From: Bacillus subtilis subsp. subtilis str. 168
GTDB taxonomy: Bacteria > Bacillota > Bacilli > Bacillales > Bacillaceae
Direction: 5' to 3'
Assembly (NCBI RefSeq): GCF_000009045.1
Contig: NC_000964.3
Span: forward strand, 3,840,001 to 3,872,000
DNA: 32,000 bases
This document shows, piece by piece, positions 1-7,852 of the stretch. The notes below the pieces were generated by a model that saw only the letters and a program-made list of their open reading frames with translations, ran no database searches and was not told the origin of the DNA. Within the stretch, counting starts at the first letter, position 1. Each line of letters starts with the position of its first letter. Position numbers and translations under genes: made by a program.

Positions 1-1012
1 CGCTTTTGGTTATGCTGCCGGCAGCCGTTTCATGTACTCAGCGAATCTCTTTTTTGATCAGCAGCTGAAAACCTGCGGGACCCGTTTGATTCACCCATTA
101 TATAACGGGAATCTTCATGTTGACGCCCTGATGAAAACTTTTGCAGACTTGTCTTTCCCTTCTTCTCTTTCATTCGAAGCATTTGAAAAGGCCAGGAATG
201 AGCTGCTGCTGAAAATCGAAAAGAAATTCACTGATCCCTTCTCCTACTCGGCGGCTCGCTTGGCTGAGGAGGTCTTCGGAAACCCGATGTACGGCACAGG
301 CATGTTTGGCCGGAGAGACAGGATAAAGGCGATTCATCCTAAACGGTTTCTCGACGCAACGGACTTTATCGTTGATTTAGTGTCCCAGCAAAAACAGCTG
401 AACATATTGGGACAAGTACAAGCATGTGATGTTCGGGGACATGCCCCGCAAACGTCCGCTGTAACGTCCGGAAGAATACCCGTAAACCGGCATGTTTTTG
501 AAACAGAGACACGCAGCGCTGCAGGTCCTTCCGTCTTGACACTCGGATTTGACTGCGGAGAGATGAAAGATGCCAGCGATTATATCAAAATACAGCTAAT
601 AGACGGATTACTGGGAAAGTACGGCCATTCCGCTTTATTCAAGCACTTCAGAGAGAAGGATCTGGCAGTCTATCACGTTATCACCCGTTACGATGTCATG
701 AACAATTTGCTGCTTGTTTCAATATGTACAGATCAGCTTCATGAGAAAGACATTCCCCCGCGCGTTTTGGAAGCTGTCTCAGCTTTTCATACAGATGAGC
801 GGGAACTAGAACAGGCAAAGCAGTTTTTACGCAATGAATTGCTGCTGCAATTCGATTCTCCCGAAGGTCTATTGGCCTATATGGGGGTCCTGCGCCGCTT
901 CTCCTGCACGAAAGAAGCCTTGCTGGATGGCATCTCAGCGGTTACATGCCGTGATGTATTGCAATTCATAGCGACCATCAATTATATCGGAGCTCATGTA
1001 GTAAGGGGATGA
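1..1012 (+). CDS. albE: AlbE, M16 (insulinase/pitrilysin)-like protein of subtilosin A maturation; 5' end lies upstream of the window
   Basis: Frame 2 is open from nt 2 (AFGYAAGSRF precedes the first ATG at 32), so the ORF enters from upstream. The TGA at 1010-1012 lies 4 nt before the albF ATG. The sequence and the albE-albF-albG order are recognised as the 3' half of the B. subtilis sbo-alb operon. The segment aligning with the AlbF HxxEH site reads AAGSR, so the visible part has no zinc motif. Confidence 0.85.
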   Translation, partial: AFGYAAGSRFMYSANLFFDQQLKTCGTRLIHPLYNGNLHVDALMKTFADLSFPSSLSFEAFEKARNELLLKIEKKFTDPFSYSAARLAEEVFGNPMYGTGMFGRRDRIKAIHPKRFLDATDFIVDLVSQQKQLNILGQVQACDVRGHAPQTSAVTSGRIPVNRHVFETETRSAAGPSVLTLGFDCGEMKDASDYIKIQLIDGLLGKYGHSALFKHFREKDLAVYHVITRYDVMNNLLLVSICTDQLHEKDIPPRVLEAVSAFHTDERELEQAKQFLRNELLLQFDSPEGLLAYMGVLRRFSCTKEALLDGISAVTCRDVLQFIATINYIGAHVVRG

Positions 1013-1016
1013 AGAG

Positions 1017-2297
1017 ATGGAAAAGAAAGCCTTTTTTCAACAGCTGGATGAACGAACCGATATCAGATACACAGACAGCGGACTAAAAATATTCAGATTG
1101 AAATTCCCCCGCGCCCACCTGCGGCTGTGCAATGTAAAAATCGATTTTGGAAGCCGGGATGTATGTATACGGGCAGAATCCGGTGATACACTGCTTCCGT
1201 ATGGCACAGCACATTTTTTAGAGCATCTTCTCTTCTGGCATAACGGCCGCAATCTGTACAGTGATTTTTTTGCGCATGGCGCGCTTTTAAACGCATTCAC
1301 TACCTACACCGATACCAATTTCATGTTTACCTCATTACCGGATCGGCTCAGACAAACGATTCCCATCCTGCTTGATGCTTTATGGAACCACTCATTTGAC
1401 AAGAAGATTGTCGCTCAGGAAAAAGCTGTGATTACAAGCGAAATTCAAACAGCACACCTTAACCATCAGCTCTCATATCATTATCAGCTGATCAGCATGC
1501 TTTCTCCCTCCTCACCAGCTGCCGTTTTCCCCGCAGGCAGAATCGAAGATATTGAGGCGCTGGACATCAGTGATTTACAAAAAGCCTATAAGGCTGCCTA
1601 CCAAGCCCATCGGATGACGCTGTTTTTGATTGGGGGCTCAGAAAATACAGAAACGCTTTTGCCTCCTCACCTCCAGCTGGAAAAGCGTCCGGATTATCAT
1701 GCTGAAAGAAAAATCATCCCGGCATGCCCTCCAGTCCTCTCACAAAAAATGATGCTGGGTGATGAGGAGCGGATGGAAGATACCTGGACCGGATTACAGA
1801 TCGGCGCACTTCCCGGGCAAAACGATCTGTTGTCGATAAAGCTTTATTGGGATATCGCGGCTCGTATTCTATTTCAATTAGATTCACCGTTTTTTCAAGA
1901 GATTCAGCAAACGTACCGCCTGGAAATCGATCGCTTGTCAGCCGAGACTTATATATATGAGGATGGCGGTTTCTTGATCCTTCACAGTCAAGGGACCCAT
2001 TCTTCAGCTTATATCGATGTGGCTTCATACTATGTCACACAGAAGAAAGAACAGGTTGCCGCCTGGCTTCAATACGGCAAGGACTCTTTGACAGACGCGA
2101 TCATTTATGACAGCGATTATGTGCGTAAATGCTTCGAGTGGGCAGCCGAGTGTGACAGGTGCGATTGCTCGTTTCTTGACATGTACCACATCATTCAAGA
2201 TATGGATGCGCAGGTTTTCTTGTCTCTCATTGATGCAATGGCATCTTCTAACAAAGCGATCATTCACGTTTCTCAGAAAGAGGCGATCAGACAATGA
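1017..2297 (+). CDS. albF: AlbF, M16-family zinc peptidase-like protein (subtilosin A maturation)
   Basis: 426-aa ORF with SD AAGGGGA about 7 nt upstream. The inverted zinc-binding motif HxxEH is present as HFLEH at residues 66-70 (nt 1212-1226), the M16 hallmark. Recognised as AlbF. Confidence 0.9.
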   Translation: MEKKAFFQQLDERTDIRYTDSGLKIFRLKFPRAHLRLCNVKIDFGSRDVCIRAESGDTLLPYGTAHFLEHLLFWHNGRNLYSDFFAHGALLNAFTTYTDTNFMFTSLPDRLRQTIPILLDALWNHSFDKKIVAQEKAVITSEIQTAHLNHQLSYHYQLISMLSPSSPAAVFPAGRIEDIEALDISDLQKAYKAAYQAHRMTLFLIGGSENTETLLPPHLQLEKRPDYHAERKIIPACPPVLSQKMMLGDEERMEDTWTGLQIGALPGQNDLLSIKLYWDIAARILFQLDSPFFQEIQQTYRLEIDRLSAETYIYEDGGFLILHSQGTHSSAYIDVASYYVTQKKEQVAAWLQYGKDSLTDAIIYDSDYVRKCFEWAAECDRCDCSFLDMYHIIQDMDAQVFLSLIDAMASSNKAIIHVSQKEAIRQ

Positions 2298-2995
2298 AAC
2301 AAAGCACTGTCTTTACCCTTTTATTGCTGCTTATAGGTATGGCGGCTTATTCCTTCGGCTGGGTTCAGGCCGTTGCCGAAGCCGCCGCCCAATATGTACA
2401 GATGATCAACAATGATGCTGTGCGGCTCGGACTGCTGGCTTGTACCGCTGCCCTCCTGATGCTGCCTGCTTTTCTCTATCTTCACTATGTCACCCAATCC
2501 GTGAAAAACATGACAGCAGCTTTTCAGAAACTCACACAGTCTCATCAAAGCTGCTGTGACTTTCAGCAACACAACTTGTGCAGCCGATATGCAGAAGACG
2601 TCAAATCGCTGCGTGACAGCTATAAAAACGTCCGCCAAACATACGTGATGGCTGCCGTGTTGTGCCAAGTCATCATATTCGGCTGCATGTTCGAAATCGT
2701 TAAAGCCGTCCCTTTCCGCCTTCATACGCCCCCTGCCTTTTCAATGGGACTTGCGATGCTACTGATCCTGTATTTATTGTTTTGCATGCGAACGTATTTG
2801 CGGCAGCTTTTCCGGCACGGCAGCCTGTTCAGAAAAGTGTTTGCGGGAGCACTGGCAGCAGCCGGGATTTGGTGGATGCTCAGTTTCTCTATAAGTGAAC
2901 TGCTGTTTCTGATTATCCTGGCTGCCATTCAGCAAATCGGATCATTTATTTATAAACGATTCTCTTATCACAGCACCGCTTCTCTTGATCTATAA
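2294..2995 (+). CDS. albG: AlbG, polytopic membrane protein of the subtilosin (sbo-alb) operon
   Basis: 233-aa ORF whose ATG overlaps the albF stop (ATGA at 2294-2297), indicating translational coupling. It has several long hydrophobic segments (e.g. VFTLLLLLIGMAAYSF, LGLLACTAALLMLPAFLYL, MGLAMLLILYLLF). Recognised as AlbG. Confidence 0.85.
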   Translation: MKQSTVFTLLLLLIGMAAYSFGWVQAVAEAAAQYVQMINNDAVRLGLLACTAALLMLPAFLYLHYVTQSVKNMTAAFQKLTQSHQSCCDFQQHNLCSRYAEDVKSLRDSYKNVRQTYVMAAVLCQVIIFGCMFEIVKAVPFRLHTPPAFSMGLAMLLILYLLFCMRTYLRQLFRHGSLFRKVFAGALAAAGIWWMLSFSISELLFLIILAAIQQIGSFIYKRFSYHSTASLDL

Positions 2996-3000
2996 AATAG

Positions 3001-4377
3001 CTACATCGCAATCGCAGACGGACCCGCGCCAACCGGAATCACCGTCACGGCTGTATAATCACTTGTGCGGTACACGGTCACAGCATTGTCGTTGGGCTGT
3101 GCCGCATAAATATACTGTTTGTCCGGCGTTACGGCGAGGTCAAAGGCGCCGGGGAGAGACACGTTTGCAATGATCCTCTGTCTGGCCGTATTAACTACGT
3201 ATAAGTTATTAATGAGAAACGGTTCACTATATGGCTCTAGAAAATAAGCTCTAGTACTATCGAGAGAAAATACAATCGTCCTCAGCGTTTCAAATAAACG
3301 GCTGAAGTCCCCTCCCCTGCTTAATGGTGACAAACTAATCTCCGTTACACCTTTCGGCCACAGCTCACCATTCAATACGTACGCAAAATTTCCAGCGTAA
3401 GGAGTTGTAATTAAACTGGGAAATTCAAATGTATCTATGATACTTTCTACCAACTGCCCAGTATTTACATCATATTTATCAACCGACCAACTGCTTCCAT
3501 TAGCGGTATAGACATACTGTCCATTCGGATCAAGAGCAAAGTCTAAAGCGCCGGGTATCGGAATGACATCAATGACCGATTGAGAGGCCGTGTTAATCAC
3601 ATATATAGATCCGGCGGCCATCACGTATGCGAACTCATCTGTTGGATCAAATTCGATTTTTCTCGGCCCTCCTCCAACAGTAATGGTATTTATGATGGTT
3701 AATGTTTTATTATCAATCACTGAGACAAGGTTGGTATTTCCATGGAGGACATACGTGAATGCTTTATCGAAAGTAACGCCTAGATTAGTTGGCACGTCAG
3801 AAAAAGGGATTGTTTTTACAACAGTGTTTAAATCTGCATCAATAACCGAAACCGTGCTGTCTCCAGTATTGGCAGTAAACACATACGATTGAGGGTCTGG
3901 TGATGGCGGTAAAACAAGTGTCCCGGCCACCGTAAGCGGACTGCCGTAGAAAGGCGGTACAATGAGCAGATCTTCCACTGTTATTTGACTGAAATCAGGA
4001 CAGCGGCCAGACTGTGCTGCATAATAAACAACTTGATCAATCTCTTCAGTATGAATCACAGAAACAGCCCCGTCTCCTTGTCCATATTGATTTCGTACAG
4101 GCGACACACTGACAAGAAGCGTAATGGTCCCTTGTACTCTCACAGCATATCGAACACCGATATCTTCTGGTTCCGGCCCAGTCTGGATTAAGCAAGGCTC
4201 ACTGATACAGGACAAATTGTCTGTACTCCATGTAACAGCCGCTGACGCTTCGGCCGTATCAACCTTGAAGCCCTCAGGGAAATCTATCGGCACTTGAAAC
4301 GGCGCTTCCCGGCTAATTTCCTCATCACAAAAACAGAAACAATTTTCCTGTAAAGCAGAAAGATCATTCTTTTTCAT
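3001..4377 (-). CDS. ywhL: YwhL, uncharacterised protein: Cys-motif N-terminal domain plus about seven YVTN-type beta-propeller repeats; no signal peptide
   Basis: 458-aa ORF with SD AAGGA 9 nt upstream of the ATG, 38 bp downstream of ywhK with no terminator between them. The N-terminus reads MKKNDLSALQENCFCFCDEE. About seven ~40-aa repeats follow the pattern aYVxN..vSVID..t..vv.tI.vg..P. It is a paralogue of YwhK. Confidence 0.85.
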   Translation of the reverse strand: MKKNDLSALQENCFCFCDEEISREAPFQVPIDFPEGFKVDTAEASAAVTWSTDNLSCISEPCLIQTGPEPEDIGVRYAVRVQGTITLLVSVSPVRNQYGQGDGAVSVIHTEEIDQVVYYAAQSGRCPDFSQITVEDLLIVPPFYGSPLTVAGTLVLPPSPDPQSYVFTANTGDSTVSVIDADLNTVVKTIPFSDVPTNLGVTFDKAFTYVLHGNTNLVSVIDNKTLTIINTITVGGGPRKIEFDPTDEFAYVMAAGSIYVINTASQSVIDVIPIPGALDFALDPNGQYVYTANGSSWSVDKYDVNTGQLVESIIDTFEFPSLITTPYAGNFAYVLNGELWPKGVTEISLSPLSRGGDFSRLFETLRTIVFSLDSTRAYFLEPYSEPFLINNLYVVNTARQRIIANVSLPGAFDLAVTPDKQYIYAAQPNDNAVTVYRTSDYTAVTVIPVGAGPSAIAM

Positions 4378-4415
4378 GATTTCACGTCCTTTTAGAAATG
4401 CACAACATGCAGCGG

Positions 4416-5771
4416 TTAAATCGTAATGGCACCCGGTGAAACCCCAAGAGATATCACAGTTTCCTCAGAATAATCATCTGTGTTGTAAACAATGATGCTC
4501 TGCTCTATAAAACGAGTTGCATACAGAAAATCGCCATTCGGGGTAAACGCATAGTCTGTTGCTGATTGCGGAACATTTCCTATAACGCCTGCTCCATTTG
4601 GACTGACAGAATATAAATTGCCAGTGAAGCCGTCATATAAATACACCTCTGCTCCACTCGTAAACATTCGATATTCCCCTTCATACTCCAGCTCTTGGGT
4701 GCTGCTGATGGTAAACGTATTTAAATCAATAACCGTCAAATAATTAAAAAAGAATTCTTGTTCTAATACATAGGCATACCGCTCCGGCCAATTTGTTTCT
4801 ATGGTTGATACGATAAGCTCTCGTTCAATTGTTCCTGTGACTTCACCGGTAGTTAGGTCCACTTTTTGCACTATTCCAAAATTCAGAACATAGGCGAATA
4901 ACCCATTGGGATCGATTGCAACATCATATCCTTCCACAGGAATCGACCTATCCACAGTTAACGTATCAATTCCAATCACATAAACCGCAGTACCGGTGAA
5001 AACATAAGCAAACTCATGATTAGGGATAAATCTAATCAATCGAGGCGGCTGATCCAGCAATATAGTTGCTGTCACTGTTAATGTGTCATAATCGATGACA
5101 GAAATCACATTATTGTTGGGATGTAAGACAAACACAGCGCTTTTATCTGGCGTAATTTCAATACCTGCCGGATTGTACGGAAGAGCAATCGTTGTCACAA
5201 CAGTATCGGTGTTTGTATCAATCACAGAAACTGATTGATCATTTGGATTCGCTGTAAACGCGTAGACGGGTTCCGGCTCCGGTACAAGCACAATTGTCCC
5301 CGTCACCGATAAAGGACTGCCGTAAAACGGCGGAACAACAACAAGGTTCTCAATCGTGATGTCACTGATATCCGGGCAATCATCCGATTCATCGGAATAA
5401 TAGACGACTTGATCGATTTCTGCATTGTGAATGACGGAAACAGCCCCGTCCCCTTGTCCATATTGATTTCGGACAGGTGAGACACTGACGAGTAGCGTAA
5501 CGGTTCCCTGCAGGCGCACTGCAAATTGAACACCGACCTCATCAGGCTCAGGCCCCGTTTGAATTAAGCAACGGTCACTGACACAAGAAAGGCTGTCTGC
5601 ATTCCACGTCACGTTTGCAACAGCTTCAGCCGGATCAACGACAAACCCTTCAGGTAATTCAATCGGTGCTTGAAACATGGCTTCTCGGCTTGCTTCTCCC
5701 TCACAAAAACATAAGCACTCTTCTTGTTCTGCTCCTGCTTTTTCTTTAAAGGAAAGCTTGTTTTTTCTCAT
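4416..5771 (-). CDS. ywhK: YwhK, uncharacterised paralogue of YwhL (Cys-motif N-domain plus YVTN-like beta-propeller); no signal peptide
   Basis: 451-aa ORF with SD AAAGGAAGTG upstream of the ATG. The N-domain is 103/144 identical to YwhL by hand alignment. Recognised as B. subtilis YwhK. Confidence 0.85.
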
Positions 5772-5894
5772 TCCTTCACTTCCTTTTCAGACATACACTG
5801 CTCACGCAGATATAACAGAATATGGAAGGGTAACGTGTTTGCTTGTACAAATTGCTGAGGGTAAACGCTTCTTTTTGAAAATATATCTCCAAAC

Positions 5895-5961
5895 ATGCGG
5901 TGTAACGAAAGAAAAAATTGCGGTTTTTTTGCGCTTCTCACAAGAATGTTGATGATAAAAT
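5895..5961 (+). promoter_or_regulatory. Candidate rapF promoter with ComA-box-like tripartite site
   Basis: ATGCGG (5895-5900)-N4-ACGAAA (5905-5910)-N7-TTGCGG (5918-5923) resembles the degenerate ComA recognition elements (TTGCGG-N4-CCGCAA plus a third half-site). An extended -10, TGaTAAAAT, lies at 5953-5961 with a poor -35 (GCTTCT), as expected for an activator-dependent promoter. rapF is a known ComA-regulon member. Confidence 0.4.
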
Positions 5962-6000
5962 ATGACATATATAGAATTATGAAGGGAGGGATTTGCAAAC

Positions 6001-7146
6001 GTGACAGGTGTCATATCTTCTTCTTCCATCGGAGAAAAGATTAACGAATGGTATATGTACATACGCCGATTCAGCATACCCGATGCAGAATATTTGCGAC
6101 GAGAAATCAAGCAAGAGCTGGATCAAATGGAAGAAGATCAAGACCTTCATTTGTACTATTCACTGATGGAGTTTCGGCACAACCTAATGCTTGAGTACCT
6201 TGAACCGTTAGAAAAAATGAGGATTGAGGAACAGCCGAGACTGTCTGATCTGCTGCTTGAGATTGATAAAAAACAGGCTCGTTTAACTGGTCTGCTTGAG
6301 TACTATTTTAACTTCTTCAGAGGCATGTACGAGCTGGACCAGCGGGAATATCTGTCGGCTATTAAATTTTTCAAAAAGGCCGAAAGCAAGCTGATATTCG
6401 TTAAGGATCGGATAGAGAAAGCTGAGTTTTTCTTTAAGATGTCTGAATCTTATTACTATATGAAACAAACGTATTTTTCAATGGACTATGCACGGCAAGC
6501 ATATGAAATATACAAAGAACATGAAGCTTATAATATAAGATTGCTGCAGTGTCATTCTTTATTTGCCACCAATTTTTTAGATTTAAAACAGTATGAGGAT
6601 GCCATCTCACATTTTCAAAAAGCTTATTCTATGGCAGAAGCTGAAAAGCAGCCCCAATTAATGGGGAGAACTTTGTACAATATCGGGCTTTGTAAAAACA
6701 GCCAAAGCCAATATGAGGATGCCATACCTTATTTCAAAAGAGCAATAGCTGTTTTTGAAGAATCAAATATTCTTCCTTCCTTACCTCAAGCGTATTTTTT
6801 AATTACACAGATCCATTATAAATTAGGAAAAATAGATAAAGCTCATGAATATCATAGTAAGGGAATGGCTTATTCACAAAAGGCCGGAGATGTAATATAT
6901 TTATCAGAGTTTGAATTTTTGAAATCTTTATACTTATCAGGCCCGGATGAAGAAGCAATTCAAGGATTTTTTGATTTTCTCGAAAGTAAAATGTTGTATG
7001 CTGATCTTGAAGATTTCGCTATTGATGTGGCAAAATATTATCATGAACGTAAAAATTTTCAAAAAGCTTCTGCTTATTTTTTGAAGGTGGAACAAGTAAG
7101 GCAACTTATTCAAGGAGGAGTGAGTTTGTATGAAATTGAAGTCTAA
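6001..7146 (+). CDS. rapF: RapF, TPR-repeat Rap-family regulator (ComA inhibitor)
   Basis: 381-aa ORF with a GTG start 10 nt after SD GAAGGGAGGG. The N-terminus MTGVISSSSIGEKINEWY and the TPR-like repeats are recognised as RapF. An overlapping phr gene follows. Confidence 0.95.
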   Translation: MTGVISSSSIGEKINEWYMYIRRFSIPDAEYLRREIKQELDQMEEDQDLHLYYSLMEFRHNLMLEYLEPLEKMRIEEQPRLSDLLLEIDKKQARLTGLLEYYFNFFRGMYELDQREYLSAIKFFKKAESKLIFVKDRIEKAEFFFKMSESYYYMKQTYFSMDYARQAYEIYKEHEAYNIRLLQCHSLFATNFLDLKQYEDAISHFQKAYSMAEAEKQPQLMGRTLYNIGLCKNSQSQYEDAIPYFKRAIAVFEESNILPSLPQAYFLITQIHYKLGKIDKAHEYHSKGMAYSQKAGDVIYLSEFEFLKSLYLSGPDEEAIQGFFDFLESKMLYADLEDFAIDVAKYYHERKNFQKASAYFLKVEQVRQLIQGGVSLYEIEV

Positions 7147-7249
7147 ACTATTACTCTCTTGTCTGGCTCTAAGCACTGTGTTCGTGGCAACAACTATTGC
7201 AAATGCACCTACACACCAAATTGAAGTTGCACAACGAGGAATGATTTAA
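7130..7249 (+). CDS. phrF: PhrF, secreted precursor of the RapF-inhibitory pentapeptide (C-terminal QRGMI)
   Basis: 39-codon ORF below the ORF-track cutoff: MKLKSKLLLSCLALSTVFVATTIANAPTHQIEVAQRGMI. SD AAGGAGGAG lies 8-9 nt upstream. The ORF overlaps the rapF 3' end by 17 nt. It has a signal-peptide-like N-terminus and the known C-terminal pentapeptide QRGMI. Confidence 0.9.
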   Translation: MKLKSKLLLSCLALSTVFVATTIANAPTHQIEVAQRGMI

Positions 7250-7272
7250 CCGCCGTCCATCGGCGGTTTTTT
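7250..7272 (+). terminator. Rho-independent terminator of rapF-phrF
   Basis: Stem CCGCCG/CGGCGG (7250-7255 / 7261-7266) with a 5-nt loop, followed by T6 (7267-7272), starting immediately after the phrF stop. Confidence 0.8.
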
Positions 7273-7281
7273 CGTCCCCTC

Positions 7282-7312
7282 TTTACCAAAGTCTCCCAAT
7301 CCATGCTATGAT
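7282..7312 (+). promoter_or_regulatory. Candidate sigmaA promoter of ywhH
   Basis: -35 TTTACC/TTACCA (7282-7288), an 18-19 nt spacer, and an extended -10 TGcTATGAT (7304-7312), 36 nt upstream of the ywhH ATG. Confidence 0.3.
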
Positions 7313-7347
7313 CTTTTCAATAATCTTGAAGAGAGTGGAAATGCAGC

Positions 7348-7821
7348 ATGTCTCTAAAAAGTGTGAGAACCCACTTTACTCAATGGAATCGAGAAAATGA
7401 TGTGACGGAGTTCGAAACGTCGAGTGCGACAGTTGAACAGGCAGCTGAGACAATCGGCGTAAGCCTGTCTAGAATCGCCAAGTCCCTGTCCTTCAGAGGG
7501 GAAGGAGATCAGGTGATTCTGATTGTGGCAGCCGGCGATGCCAAGATCGACAACAAAAAGTCCAGGCAAACATTTGGCTTTAAAGCAAGAATGCTCTCTC
7601 CTAATGAGGTGCTGGAGCAGACAGGCCATGAAATTGGAGGAGTTTGCCCATTTGGATTGGCTCATGATCCTGAGGTTTATCTTGATGTATCGCTGAAACG
7701 GTTTCAGACTGTTTTCCCCGCATGCGGCAGCAGAAACTCCGCTATTGAATTAACACCGAAAGAATTATCCGAATTTTCTTTCTCAAAAGTGTGGATTGAT
7801 GTTTGTAAAGACTGGGAATAA
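7348..7821 (+). CDS. ywhH: YwhH, YbaK/ProX-type aminoacyl-tRNA trans-editing (deacylase) domain protein
   Basis: 157-aa ORF containing the GGVCPFG motif typical of YbaK/EbsC-family deacylases. Recognised as YwhH. Confidence 0.9.
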   Translation: MSLKSVRTHFTQWNRENDVTEFETSSATVEQAAETIGVSLSRIAKSLSFRGEGDQVILIVAAGDAKIDNKKSRQTFGFKARMLSPNEVLEQTGHEIGGVCPFGLAHDPEVYLDVSLKRFQTVFPACGSRNSAIELTPKELSEFSFSKVWIDVCKDWE

Positions 7822-7852
7822 AAAAACATCCAGACATCGTCTGGATGTTTAC
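7822..7852. terminator. Bidirectional terminator shared by ywhH (+) and speB (-)
   Basis: Stem CATCCAGAC/GTCTGGATG (7827-7835 / 7839-7847) flanked by an A-run (7821-7826) and a T-run (7848-7850), lying exactly between the two convergent stop codons. Confidence 0.8.

Noticed and set aside
5677-6110. ORFs of 76-102 aa on both strands across the ywhK-rapF intergenic region
   Set aside because: They overlap the divergent promoter/ComA-box region and the starts of ywhK and rapF. They have no SD and an AT-rich low-complexity translation.
6963-6987. Possible sigmaH promoter for phrF inside rapF (AGGATTT ... GAAAGT)
   Set aside because: The spacer is 12 nt rather than about 14, and the -10 reads GAAA rather than GAAT. 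An internal sigmaH promoter for phrF is known to exist, but I cannot place it confidently by eye.
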